Source: an uncultured Acidobacteriota bacterium
GTDB lineage: Bacteria > Acidobacteriota > Thermoanaerobaculia > Multivoradales > DATKCC01
Length of the DNA stretch: 64,000 nucleotides
Assembly: GCA_963843755.1 (NCBI GenBank)
Contig: CAWJLS010000012.1
Coordinates: 101,631-165,630 of the forward strand
Direction of reading: 5' to 3'
Shown in pieces: positions 11,213 to 20,171 of the stretch. A program made the position numbers and the translations under genes. Numbering within the stretch: the stretch's first letter is position 1; each line of letters opens with the position of its first letter. The notes beneath the pieces were generated by a model. That model was not told the DNA's origin, searched no databases, and saw only the letters and a program-made list of their open reading frames with translations.

Positions 11213-12553
11213 TCAGGTTTCTGTCATCAGGGCCGACCGGGGGGATCCGGGGATCTCTTCCCGGCGGGCGACGGGGGCGGCGCCGGATGCATCGGTAGGA
11301 CCGGCTGCATCGGCCCGACCGGCCGCATCGGGAGACGCGCCCTGGGGCGGCGCCGGCTGCTCGATCGCCGGCGGCGGCGCGGTCTCCGCCGGGATGGCCG
11401 GGGCGACCGCGGCGGGGGCGCCGCCGAAGCCGCCGGACAGGAAGAGGAACAGGATCGGAAGGCCGAAGAAAACCACGACGATGTAGGCGATCGCCACCGG
11501 GCGGTTGCGCGACCCCAGGGCGCCGAGACCACGGGCGAGCGCCAGGGGCACGGCGCGCAGGGGCGGCAGCGGGTAGATGATCGTCGCCCCCATGACGTTG
11601 AACAGCAGGTGGGAGAGCGCGACGCTCAGCGCCGCCGGGCTGCCAGTGGCGAGGGCGGCCAGCAGGGCGGTCACCGTGGTGCCGATGTTGGCGCCGATGG
11701 TGAACGGGAAGAGCTGCTCCAGGGTGACGACCCCGGCGCCGACCAGCGGGACCATCACCGAGGTGGTGATCGAGCTCGACTGGACCATCACCGTGATCAG
11801 CACGCCGGCGCCGATCGCCGCGATCGCCGAGCGGAAGAGGGTGCGGTCGAGGATCTGCTCGGCGCGGGAGGAGACCAGGTTCTTGAGCAGGTCGACCAGG
11901 AACTTGAGCGCCAGAAACAGGCAGACTACGCCGAGGATCAGGGTCAACGTGCCGCTCGACCCGAGCTGCCCGCTCACCCACTTGGAGGTCGGCCGGATCA
12001 CGGCCTTGAGCGGATCGAACAGCTCGATGCCGCCGCTGCCCTCCAGCACCCGCTCGAGGAAGGCGGCCGTCTTGCGCAGCACGTGGAAGGTGAGCTCCAG
12101 CGGGAACAGGATCGCGACCGTGAGCAGGTTGAAGAAGTCGTGCAGCGTGGCGCCGGCGAACGCGCGCTTGAACTCCTCGCGCCGGGTCACGTGGCCCAGC
12201 GACACCAGGGTGTTGGTAACCGAGGTGCCGATGTTGGCCCCCATGATGATCGGGATGGCGCCGTCGATGGTCAGGGCGCCGGCCGCGACCAGGCCGACGG
12301 TCATCGACGTGGTGGTCGACGAGCTCTGCACCAAGCTGGTGGCGAGGATGCCGACCAACAGGCCGACGAACGGGTTCGCCGTGCGGGCGATCATCGCCTC
12401 CGCGAACCCCTTGCCGAAGAGCTTGAACGACAGCCCCATCATGTCGAGGCCGAGGAAGAAGGCGAACAGCAGGACGACCAGCAGCAGGATCCGGCCGAGG
12501 GTACGGCGCCGGGAGCTGGAGGTCGACGGGGAAGCGGTTCCGGTTGCGCTCAC
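11213..12553 (-). CDS. Na+/phosphate cotransporter (NptA / YjbB-like, Na_Pi_cotrans family)
   Basis: ILLLVVLLFAFFLGLDMMGLSFK...LLVGILATSLVQSSSTTTSMTVGLVAAG...IIMGANIGTSVTN is the duplicated Na/Pi cotransporter motif. The start is set at the GTG at 12553 with GAGGA 7 nt upstream. The 88-aa Arg/Pro-rich extension of the track ORF is discarded. Confidence 0.75.
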   Translation of the reverse strand: MSATGTASPSTSSSRRRTLGRILLLVVLLFAFFLGLDMMGLSFKLFGKGFAEAMIARTANPFVGLLVGILATSLVQSSSTTTSMTVGLVAAGALTIDGAIPIIMGANIGTSVTNTLVSLGHVTRREEFKRAFAGATLHDFFNLLTVAILFPLELTFHVLRKTAAFLERVLEGSGGIELFDPLKAVIRPTSKWVSGQLGSSGTLTLILGVVCLFLALKFLVDLLKNLVSSRAEQILDRTLFRSAIAAIGAGVLITVMVQSSSITTSVMVPLVGAGVVTLEQLFPFTIGANIGTTVTALLAALATGSPAALSVALSHLLFNVMGATIIYPLPPLRAVPLALARGLGALGSRNRPVAIAYIVVVFFGLPILFLFLSGGFGGAPAAVAPAIPAETAPPPAIEQPAPPQGASPDAAGRADAAGPTDASGAAPVARREEIPGSPRSALMTET

Positions 12554-12696
12554 GCGAGAGTCCTCTGGCCGGTCGTTCGGTCGGATCGGACGCCGTGGCT
12601 CGGGCGCCTGCGGTGCCGCGTCGCCCTCGTCCGGCGAGCCGGCGAGCCGGCGACCCCACGCCCGATGGGGCGAACGGTAGCAGGGTTCGAAGGAAC

Positions 12697-12714
12697 TTGT
12701 CACATCGTGGTCAC
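12697..12714. promoter_or_regulatory. Candidate Pho box (TTGTCAC-atcg-TGGTCAC) in the divergent nptA / phoU intergenic region
   Basis: Two 7-nt direct repeats sit at 11-bp periodicity, with an inverted GTGAC just downstream. The site is about 140 bp from both divergent start codons. Confidence 0.35.
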
Positions 12715-12855
12715 CCAGGCGTGACGGTGCCTCCGCGGTCGCCGGAGAGGCTTGCCCAGGGCCGTAACTCGTACCCGACCTCCCCGATTCTCCACGTTTC
12801 GGACCGTGCGCAGGCACCAGGAGGTGGTATCGTGAGCGTTTGCCAGGAGAGCACT

Positions 12856-13536
12856 ATGGAACGACATTTCGAACAAGAGCTCGACCGCGTCCGACAGAAA
12901 CTGCTCGAAATGGGCGGTCGCGTCGAAGGGATGATCAGCAAAGCGAGCGACGCGCTCACCGAACGCCAACTGGAGCTGTCCCAGCAGGTGATGGACGAGG
13001 ACGCCATCATCGACCGGATGGAGCTCGAGATCGACGAGGCGTGCTACACCGTGATGGCCCGCTTTCAGCCGGCGGCCCGTGATCTGCGGTTCCTGATCGC
13101 GGTGATGAAGATCGTCACCGATCTCGAACGGATGGGCGACTCGACGGTCAACATCTGCCAGTCGGTCAACAAGCTGAACGAGGAGCCGCCGCTCAAGCCG
13201 TACATCGACCTGCCGCGGATGGCCAAGCTGGTGGCCACCATGACCCGCGAGAGCCTCGACGCCTTCGTCAAGAAGGACGCCGCCCAGGCGACCCGGGTGA
13301 CCGAGGCGGACGACGAGGTGGACGCCCTCTACCGCCAGCTCTTCCGCGAGCTGCTGACCTTCATGCTCGAGGATCCGAAGACCACCACCCGGGCCCTCCA
13401 CCTGCTGCTCATCGCCCGCAACCTCGAGCGCATCGCCGACCACGCCACCAACATCTCCGAGGACGTCATCTACTACGTCGAGGGGCGCGACGTGCGCCAC
13501 CCGGCGCACCAGGACGGCGTCCGGCCGGGAGGCTGA
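12856..13536 (+). CDS. phoU: Phosphate signalling complex protein PhoU
   Basis: MERHFEQELDRVRQKLLEMGGRVE...DLERMGD...LIARNLERIADHATNISEDVIYYVEG is the canonical two-repeat PhoU. CAGGAGAG lies upstream of the ATG at 12856. Confidence 0.9.
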   Translation: MERHFEQELDRVRQKLLEMGGRVEGMISKASDALTERQLELSQQVMDEDAIIDRMELEIDEACYTVMARFQPAARDLRFLIAVMKIVTDLERMGDSTVNICQSVNKLNEEPPLKPYIDLPRMAKLVATMTRESLDAFVKKDAAQATRVTEADDEVDALYRQLFRELLTFMLEDPKTTTRALHLLLIARNLERIADHATNISEDVIYYVEGRDVRHPAHQDGVRPGG

Positions 13537-13574
13537 GGGGAGGGCGCCGGCCTCGAAGAGCGCGGCGCAGCGCT

Positions 13575-14918
13575 TCAGCGCTCTTCGATCGGCACCCACC
13601 GCCGGCCCAGTGCACCGGCATAGCGCCCTTTCGGCCGGATCAGGCGGTCGACCGCGAGCTGCTCCAGGCAGTGGGCGCTCCAGCCGCCGACCCGGCCCAT
13701 GGCGAAGACCGGGGTGAAGAGCTCCCGGGGCAGACCGAGGCCGTGCAGCAGGAGGGCGGTGTAGAGCTCCACGTTGGTCTCGAGGCGCCGGCCGGGCTTG
13801 CGCTCCGCGAGCAGCGCCAGCGCCTTCTCCTCCACCGCCCCGGCCAGCGCCCAGAGCCGCCCCGCGCGCTCGTCCGCCCCGGCCCCGGTGAAGAACCGCT
13901 CCGCCGCCCCGGCAAGCACGTCGGCCCGCGGATCGCGCACCCGGTAGACGCGGTGGCCGAAGCCCATCAGGCGCTCTCCCCGGTCGAGCTTCGCGCGCAG
14001 CACCGCCTCCGCCCGCTCCGGCGTCCCGACCTCGAGTAGCGTTTCGAGCACCGGCCCGGGAGCGCCGCCGTGGAGCGGCCCCTTGAGCGCGCCGACCGCC
14101 GCGGTCACCGCCGAGACCAGGTCGGAGCGGGTCGAAACCACGACGCGGGCGGTGAAGGTGGAGGCGTTGAGACCGTGGTCGGCGACCGTGGCGAGGTAGG
14201 TATCGAGAGCGCGGACCCGCTCCGCCGACGGCACCGAGCCGGTGAGCTGGTAGAGGAAGGAGGCCGCCGGGGCCAGATCGGAGCGCGGCGCCACCGGCTC
14301 GCGGCCTGAGCGCAGACGCCCGAAGGCGGCGGTGATCGACGGCAACGCACCGGCGAGGCGTACCGCCTGCCGACGGGCGTCCGCGAGGCGGTCGTCCACC
14401 CCGAGCTCCCCGAGCGCTTCACCCGGAACGTCCGCATCGGATGCCGAGGACAGCGCGGCGACCCCGGCGCGCACCGCATCCATCGGCTCGGCACCCCGCC
14501 GGGCCAGGGCGCCGAGCAGCTCGACGACCTCCCCGGGCAGCTCCCGGCCGGCGGCGAGCCCGGCCCGCAGGGCGTCCAGCTCCGCCGCGGTCGGCAGACG
14601 ATCGTTCCAGAGCAGGAAGAAGACCTCCTCCACCGTCGCCCGCGGCGCCAGCTCCTCGATCGGGAACCCGCCGACGATCAGCTCGCCCCGCGCGCCGTCG
14701 ACCCGCGACAGGCGGGTCGTCGCCGCGATTACCCCCTCCAGCCCCGAGGCCTCCACCGGCCCTTCGGCCGCGGGCGGCCGGGGAGCCTCTCCCCCGGGCG
14801 CTGTCCTCGCCGAGGTGGACGGCGCCGTCCGCACTGTCCCTGCGGTCTCTGCTGCCTGTGAAGTCTCTGCACTCTTCAGTGGCTGTGATGTCCGTCGTGT
14901 CGGTGGTGTCTGGGCCAT
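13575..14918 (-). CDS. Citrate synthase-family protein (short actinobacterial-like CitA form); start uncertain, alternative GTG at 14756
   Basis: GFPIEELA...LLWNDRLPT...LKGPLHGGAPGPVLE...RLMGFGHRVYRVRDPRA...LYTALLLHGLGLP...FAMGRVGGWSAHCLEQ are citrate synthase hallmarks. GGAAAGGAGA lies upstream of the ATG at 14918. The first 54 codons are low-complexity with atypical A-ending codons. Confidence 0.7.
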   Translation of the reverse strand: MAQTPPTRRTSQPLKSAETSQAAETAGTVRTAPSTSARTAPGGEAPRPPAAEGPVEASGLEGVIAATTRLSRVDGARGELIVGGFPIEELAPRATVEEVFFLLWNDRLPTAAELDALRAGLAAGRELPGEVVELLGALARRGAEPMDAVRAGVAALSSASDADVPGEALGELGVDDRLADARRQAVRLAGALPSITAAFGRLRSGREPVAPRSDLAPAASFLYQLTGSVPSAERVRALDTYLATVADHGLNASTFTARVVVSTRSDLVSAVTAAVGALKGPLHGGAPGPVLETLLEVGTPERAEAVLRAKLDRGERLMGFGHRVYRVRDPRADVLAGAAERFFTGAGADERAGRLWALAGAVEEKALALLAERKPGRRLETNVELYTALLLHGLGLPRELFTPVFAMGRVGGWSAHCLEQLAVDRLIRPKGRYAGALGRRWVPIEER

Positions 14919-15010
14919 GGGCGTGAACCGTCTCCTTTCCGGTCGAGCTGAAGGGGGGACCGGACCGCCGGAGGGTTCCGGGGCCGGTCGCCTTCGAGGA
15001 TGGACGGCAC

Positions 15011-15045
15011 TCGACACATTGTCAATCTTGATTCTAAAATCGAGC
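15011..15045. promoter_or_regulatory. AT-rich palindrome-containing element in the divergent promoter region immediately upstream of the HTH::citrate-synthase-like gene
   Basis: tcgacacATTGtCAATcttgattctaaaatcgagcaATG. It contains the ATTG-T-CAAT palindrome and flanking TCGA...TCGA. It is the only strongly AT-rich stretch in a 128-bp divergent intergenic region. Confidence 0.3.
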
Positions 15046-15046
15046 A

Positions 15047-16458
15047 ATGAGCTCTCCCCCGCCCGACGCCCGATATCTCGACGCCGCGGAGGCCGCCCGG
15101 CGCCTCGGCATCTCCCGCTCCAGCCTCTACTCCTATGTCAGCCGCGGCCAGATCCGCTCCGAGCCGCTGCCGGGCGGCGCGCGGCGGAGCCGGCGCTACG
15201 TGGCCGAGGACGTCGAGCGGCTGCTCGAGCGCAAGCGGCTCCGGCGGGAGCCGGACCGGGCCGGCGAGCGCTTCCTCGACTGGGGGGCGCCGGTGGTCGA
15301 ATCTTCGATCAGCCTGATCGACCGGGGACGGCTGTACTACCGGGGCCGGGACGTGCTGGAGCTCGCCGAGTCCGCCAGCTTCGAGGAGGTGGCGGCGCTG
15401 CTCTGGACGGGGGACCCGGCGGCGGCCGAGCGGCTGTTCGCGGGGAACCGGTCCGGCGGGGAGTCGCCCGCTCGGTCCGAGGTGCCGGCTCCGCGCGGGT
15501 CGATCGAGCCGGTCGGGGAGGCAGTCGGGGAAACGCTCGGGGAGACGCTCGGCGGCCTCGAACGCTGTCAGGTCGCCCTCGCCCTGGCCGGCGCGCGCGA
15601 TCCCGCGGCCTGGGATCTCCGCCCGCCGGCGATGGCCGCCACCGGGGCGCGCGTGCTCTCCCTGGTCTGCGAACGGGTCGCCGCCGCGACCAGACCGGCC
15701 GGCCAGTCCCCCTCCGCGCCCTCGACGCTCTCGGAGCCCTCAGATCCTTCGGCCGAAGGCCCCCGGTCGATCGCGGCGCGGCTGGCCCGGGCGTGGAGGG
15801 CCCGAAGCCCGGACGCCGACCGGGGCCGCGACGTCGAGCGGGTGCTCTCCGCCACGCTCATCCTGTGCGCCGACCACGAGCTCAACGTCTCCGCGTTCAC
15901 CGCCCGCTGCGTCGCCTCGGCCGAGGCGACCCTCTACGACGCGGTCGCCGCCGGCCTGGCCGCGCTCAAAGGGCGGCGCCACGGCGGCGTGACCGAACGG
16001 ATCACGGCGCTGCTGCGGGAGATCGGCGAGCCGGCCGCGCCCGGCGCCGGAAGCGGAGCCGGAGCCGGAGCGGGGCCGCCCGCGCTGTCCTGGCGGCGCG
16101 CCTGCGCCGGGGCGAGGAGATCCCCGGCTTCGGCCACCCGCTCTACCCGACCGGGGACCCGCGGGGCACCGCCCTCCTCCGCCGGGCCCGGGAGGTCGCC
16201 GGCGGCCGGCGGGCGATGGAGCTGATCGACGCGGTGGTCGACGCCGGGGCGGATCTCCTGGGGGAGCGGCCGACCCTCGACCTCGGGCTGGTGGCCGTGG
16301 CGCGTGCCCTGGGCCTGCCGGAGAGCGCCCCGCTGGCTCTCTTCGCCGCCGGCAGGACCGCCGGCTGGATCGCCCACGCCATCGAGCAGGCCGGGACGAG
16401 GCGCCTCATTCGGCCGCGGGCGCGCTACACCGGGCCGCCGCCCCACCCGGCCGCCTGA
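15047..16458 (+). pseudogene. HTH (MerR/excisionase-like)::citrate-synthase-like fusion gene, apparently frameshifted within a (GAGCCG)n repeat near 16053-16075
   Basis: The frame from 15047 encodes LDAAEAARRLGISRSSLYSYVSRGQIRSE (HTH) followed by citrate-synthase-like LICADHELNVSAF...LKGRRHGGVTERITALLREIGEP. The remainder, EEIPGFGHPLYPTGDPRG...GLVAVARALGLPE...FAAGRTAGWIAHAIEQ, continues in the -1 frame (track ORF 14332..16458). The switch lies in ggagccggagccggagcgggg. Confidence 0.55.
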
Positions 16459-16467
16459 GCCGGGAGC

Positions 16468-17505
16468 CTACTCGTCGTCCCAGATCCGGGTCTCGAAGCG
16501 GCCGGTCGAGTCCGCGGCCCCCCGGAACATGCCGGTCGAGTTGAACGACCAGACGATGTCGCCGTTCTTGCCGACGCCGATGACCCCGCCGTCGCCCGGG
16601 TTCAGGCGCTCGCGCATCACGTCGTCGGCCGCCTCCTGGCAGCTCATCCCCTTGTACTCGACCAGGGCGGCGATGGTGCGGGTGACGGTGTTGCGGATGT
16701 ACTGCTCGCCGAAGCCGGTCCCGGAAAGGGCGCAACTGTCGTTGTCGGCGTAGGTGCCGGCGCCGATCACCGGCACGTCACCGATGCGGCCGAACCGCTT
16801 GTTGGTCAGGCCGCCGGTGGAGGTGGCCGCGGCCAGGTCGCCGTGGACGTCGAGGGCCGCCGCGCCGACGGTGCCGAACGTGTCCGTCCAGGAGCCGGTC
16901 TCCTTCTCCCGCTCGATCGCCTTGTCGAGCTGCTCGCGCCGGTGCTCGGTGTCGAAATAGGAGCTCGGCACCCGCTCGAGGCCGAGCTTGCCCGCCAGCG
17001 CCTCCGCCCCGTCGCCCGCCATGAAGACGTGGGGCGTGCGCTCCATGACCGCGCGCGCCAGCAGGATCGGGTGCTTGACCGTCTTGATGCCGGTGACCGA
17101 GCCGCACGAGCGGTCGTGGCCGTTCATGATCGCCGCGTCGAGCTCGTGGGTCCCTTCGTGGGTGTAGACGGCGCCCTTGCCGGCGTTGAACAGCGGGTTA
17201 TCCTCGAGGGTCAGGATCACCGCCTGGACCGCGTCGAGTGCTGAGCCGCCCCCCTCCAGCACCTTCTTGCCGGCGGCGAGTGCGGCCTCGAGGCCGTCGG
17301 TGTACTGCTTGCGCTGCTCGGCCGGCATGTCCTTCGAGATCACGCCGGCGCCACCGTGGATGGCCAACGCCCAGCGGGGGGACTCTTGCGCCTTGATGGG
17401 GCCCTGATCAGGAGCCTGGGCAGAGGCGCCGTCGGGGAGCGGCGCCAGGCCGAGGCTCAACGCGACAACAGCGACGGCGAGCGGGGCGAGAAGGTGAGTC
17501 CACAT
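16468..17505 (-). CDS. iaaA: Isoaspartyl peptidase / L-asparaginase (Ntn-hydrolase, plant-type asparaginase family), secreted
   Basis: IHGGAGVISKDMP...NAGKGAVYTHEGTHELDAAIMNG...GTVGAAALDVHGDLAAATSTGG...GDVPVIGAGTYADN is the conserved autoproteolytic Thr nucleophile context. An N-terminal signal peptide is present. Confidence 0.9.
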   Translation of the reverse strand: MWTHLLAPLAVAVVALSLGLAPLPDGASAQAPDQGPIKAQESPRWALAIHGGAGVISKDMPAEQRKQYTDGLEAALAAGKKVLEGGGSALDAVQAVILTLEDNPLFNAGKGAVYTHEGTHELDAAIMNGHDRSCGSVTGIKTVKHPILLARAVMERTPHVFMAGDGAEALAGKLGLERVPSSYFDTEHRREQLDKAIEREKETGSWTDTFGTVGAAALDVHGDLAAATSTGGLTNKRFGRIGDVPVIGAGTYADNDSCALSGTGFGEQYIRNTVTRTIAALVEYKGMSCQEAADDVMRERLNPGDGGVIGVGKNGDIVWSFNSTGMFRGAADSTGRFETRIWDDE

Positions 17506-17539
17506 GGTGGCGAAACGCTACCACGCAGCCGCCCCTGCC

Positions 17540-19522
17540 CTACTTCCGGCCGAACCGCAGACCGGCCACCGTCCAGCGCCCGGGCATCTCCACCTCACCC
17601 CGCTCGACGTAGTGCTCGTCGGTGACGTTGTCGACCTGGACGAACAGCTCGACCGGCAGGATCTTCAGGCGCCGCGACGCCTTGAGGTCCAGGCGGACCC
17701 AGGAGTCCCCCTGGTGGCGCTGGTTGTAGGACGCCACCGCGCCCCAGCGGAGCCCTCGCAGCACGCTGGGCCCCTTCCCCTCCAGACGCAGCACCGCCCG
17801 GTGCTCCAGGTAGTCGAAGACGTAGACCGACTGGCCCTGCGGCTCGTCGCCGGTCGAATCCAGGTAGGAGTAGCTGGCGGTCAGGGTGGGCGCCGCCCCC
17901 AGCGAGTCCGAGCCCGCCCCCAGCCGCCGCGCCGCCACCAGCTCGACGCCCCGGGTGGTGACCCGGCGCAGGTTGACCGCCCGGAAGAGCGTGTCACCGG
18001 GGGCGCGGACGAAGTCGATCAGGTCGCGGCCGCGGCGCTCGAAGAGGCTCGCCCCGAGCCGGTTGCTGGCGACCACCCGGTCGTAGCCGACCTCGTAGGT
18101 CCAGGAGTGCTCCGGCTCGAGATCCGGGTTGCCAGCGCTCACCGGGTCGAGGTAGCGCAGCTCGGTGAAGCTGGGCAGCCGGTAAGCGCTGCCGGCCGAG
18201 GCCCGGAGCCGCCCCTGGCCGACCTGGTAGGACAGGGCGGCCTGCGGGTGCACCTCCCAGGTGCCCTCGACCCGGTCGGCGTGGAGCGCACCGCGCCAGC
18301 CCCAGCGGCCGCGCTCGCCGACCAGCGCCGCGAAGCTGCCCCACCGGTCCCGGCTCCGGCGCCCCAGGTTGGTCGAGTCCAGGTCCTCGGCGATCCAGCC
18401 GGTGCCGGCCTGGACCGTGCCGAGCGCCGTCACGCGCCGTCCCTGGACCTGGAGGTCGAAGCTCCGGTCCTCGTGGTGGTTGGTCAGCAGCGACGGGTCG
18501 TGGCGGTCGAGGATGAAGAGATCGTCGTGCCAGCGGCCGGCGGCCCGCACCTCCAGGGCCGTGCCGGCCGCCTCGCCGCTCCAGCCGGCGCTGGCGAACC
18601 GCGCCTCGGTCGACTCGATCTGGTCGGGGAAGCGGGTGCTGTAGAACGAGTTGGCGCCGAAGTCCCGGTCGGACGCGCCGGCCGAGAGATCGACCGACCC
18701 GATCGCCCCGCGGTAGAACGCCGAGCCCTGGTCGAAATCGGTCCCCGGGCGGTAGCCGGAGGACTCGATCCGCTCGACGCTCAGCCGGTGACTCCCGTAC
18801 CGGGCCCCGTCCAGGGACACCTCCGCGTTGCCACCGTCCAGGCTGTGGTCCCCGGCGAACAGCTCGACCGACGCGGCAGGGTTCGCGCCCCCGGCGGCGG
18901 GCTGGCCGGAGCCGCTCCCAGTCTCGCCCCCGGACCCGCCGTGGGGCTCGGCTCCGGCACGGCGGCGGGCGCCGGTGCGGGTGATGATGTTGACCACGCC
19001 GCCGGCTGCGTTGGCGCCGTAGAGCGCCGAGCCGGGGCCGTAGAGCACCTCGACCCGCTCGATGGCGTCGATCGGCACCGGCAGGTCGAGGGTGTGGTGG
19101 CCGGTCTGGGGGTTGTCCATCGGCACGCCGTCGAGCAGCACCTGCACCTGCTCGAACGACGAGCCGCGGATCGACAAGTCGGCCTGGACGCCGTAGACCC
19201 CGCGCCGGCGGACGTCGAGGCCGGGGAAGAGCTGGAGCAGCTCGGGGATCGACTCGATGCCATGGTCCTCGATCTCCTGGCGGGTCAGCACCTCGACCGC
19301 GCGGCCGCTGGTGCCGAACGGCACCGCGAGGCCCGTGCCGGTGACCGTGATGGCGTCGTCGAACGAGCCCTGGGCGGCGGTGGGGGCGGCGCGCACGAGC
19401 GGCGCGACGACGAGCAGCGCCACTGCCAGAGAGCGCGCGGCGCCCCACGGACGAGCCCCGGAGCGCAGAGCGGCGGCGGGAGAGACGGACAGACGGAGTG
19501 CGGAGGAACGGGGAGTGCGCAC
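17540..19522 (-). CDS. TonB-dependent outer-membrane receptor (plug + beta-barrel)
   Basis: The plug reads ITVTGTG...VEVLTRQEIEDHGIESIPELLQLFPGLDV...SIRGSSFEQVQVLLDGVPMDNP...GPGSALYGANAAGGVVNIITR. It has a signal peptide and a 660-aa barrel. Confidence 0.8.
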   Translation of the reverse strand: MRTPRSSALRLSVSPAAALRSGARPWGAARSLAVALLVVAPLVRAAPTAAQGSFDDAITVTGTGLAVPFGTSGRAVEVLTRQEIEDHGIESIPELLQLFPGLDVRRRGVYGVQADLSIRGSSFEQVQVLLDGVPMDNPQTGHHTLDLPVPIDAIERVEVLYGPGSALYGANAAGGVVNIITRTGARRRAGAEPHGGSGGETGSGSGQPAAGGANPAASVELFAGDHSLDGGNAEVSLDGARYGSHRLSVERIESSGYRPGTDFDQGSAFYRGAIGSVDLSAGASDRDFGANSFYSTRFPDQIESTEARFASAGWSGEAAGTALEVRAAGRWHDDLFILDRHDPSLLTNHHEDRSFDLQVQGRRVTALGTVQAGTGWIAEDLDSTNLGRRSRDRWGSFAALVGERGRWGWRGALHADRVEGTWEVHPQAALSYQVGQGRLRASAGSAYRLPSFTELRYLDPVSAGNPDLEPEHSWTYEVGYDRVVASNRLGASLFERRGRDLIDFVRAPGDTLFRAVNLRRVTTRGVELVAARRLGAGSDSLGAAPTLTASYSYLDSTGDEPQGQSVYVFDYLEHRAVLRLEGKGPSVLRGLRWGAVASYNQRHQGDSWVRLDLKASRRLKILPVELFVQVDNVTDEHYVERGEVEMPGRWTVAGLRFGRK

Positions 19523-19691
19523 GGGGAGATCCTTCCGGGAGGGAGCGAAACGGGAGTTGCTTCAGAGCGCGTGAGCGTACCGCACGGGCGGTCGCCGGCC
19601 CAAACCGTTCGGCTCCGATCGCCGCCTCCGCCGCGCGGCGGTCCTCGAACCAGCGGGGGACCAGCGGGGGATGAGAAGGGGGCGCGCCGCC

Positions 19692-20171
19692 CTACTCGAC
19701 CGACGGCGCGAACGAGTGGCGGATCTTGCCGAGCAGCCGGTTGAGCACGTGGTCCCGGGCGAGGAAGGCCAGCACCGGAGTCCGGCGCACCCCCAGCTCC
19801 GCGTGATACTCCCGCAGGTCCTGGTTCTCCGGATCGATCCGCAGCCCTTCTTCGATCGCCCGCATGGCGCCACGGCGGTCGCCGGTCAGCAGGTGGGTGC
19901 GCGCGAGGTTGAGGTAGTTCTCCGGGTGGAAGAACTCCTTCTTGACCGCGTGGCGGCACAGCCTGAGCCCCTCCCGGTAGCGCCGGTCGAAGCGGGCGAT
20001 GCCGTAGCCGAGATAGGAGTAGAAGAGGCCTGAGAGCTCGCCGCCCCGGTCCTGGTTGGACGCGACGGTCCGCAGCAGGTCGACGCCGCGACGCCAGTCG
20101 CCGGCGCGGCAAAGAGCGATCCCTTCCCGGGCGGTGCTGTCGATCTCCACCTGCTCTTCGAACCTGGTCAT
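19692..20171 (-). CDS. TPR-repeat protein
   Basis: MTRFEEQVEIDSTAREGIALCRAGDWRRGVDLLRTVA...YSYLGYGIARFD...YLNLARTHLLTGDRRGAMRAIEEGLRIDPEN are TPR-like helical repeats. GGAGGAGG lies upstream of the ATG at 20171. The longer track ORF is trimmed. Confidence 0.55.
   Translation of the reverse strand: MTRFEEQVEIDSTAREGIALCRAGDWRRGVDLLRTVASNQDRGGELSGLFYSYLGYGIARFDRRYREGLRLCRHAVKKEFFHPENYLNLARTHLLTGDRRGAMRAIEEGLRIDPENQDLREYHAELGVRRTPVLAFLARDHVLNRLLGKIRHSFAPSVE

Noticed and set aside
10661-12817. ORFs 10661..12724 (+), 11151..12659 (-), 11577..12680 (+) and the 88-aa N-terminal extension of the nptA ORF to 12817
   Set aside because: These are shadow frames over the Na/Pi cotransporter. The extension is Arg/Pro-rich and precedes a GTG with a good GAGGA SD at 12553.
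14332-15046. 5' part of 708-aa ORF 14332..16458 (+) and ORF 14441..14926
   Set aside because: They are antisense to the minus-strand citrate-synthase-like gene. Only the segment after about 16075 of this frame is meaningful, as the post-frameshift continuation of the HTH-fusion gene.
19523-19691. Possible cobalamin or other riboswitch in the leader of the TonB-dependent receptor
   Set aside because: I could not find a B12 box (GCCACTG-like) or other riboswitch consensus elements by eye. The call is left unsupported.
17504-19744. 746-aa plus-strand ORF and 484-aa minus ORF (17994..19448) over the TonB receptor
   Set aside because: They are shadow frames. The 17540..19522 minus frame carries the plug/barrel motifs.
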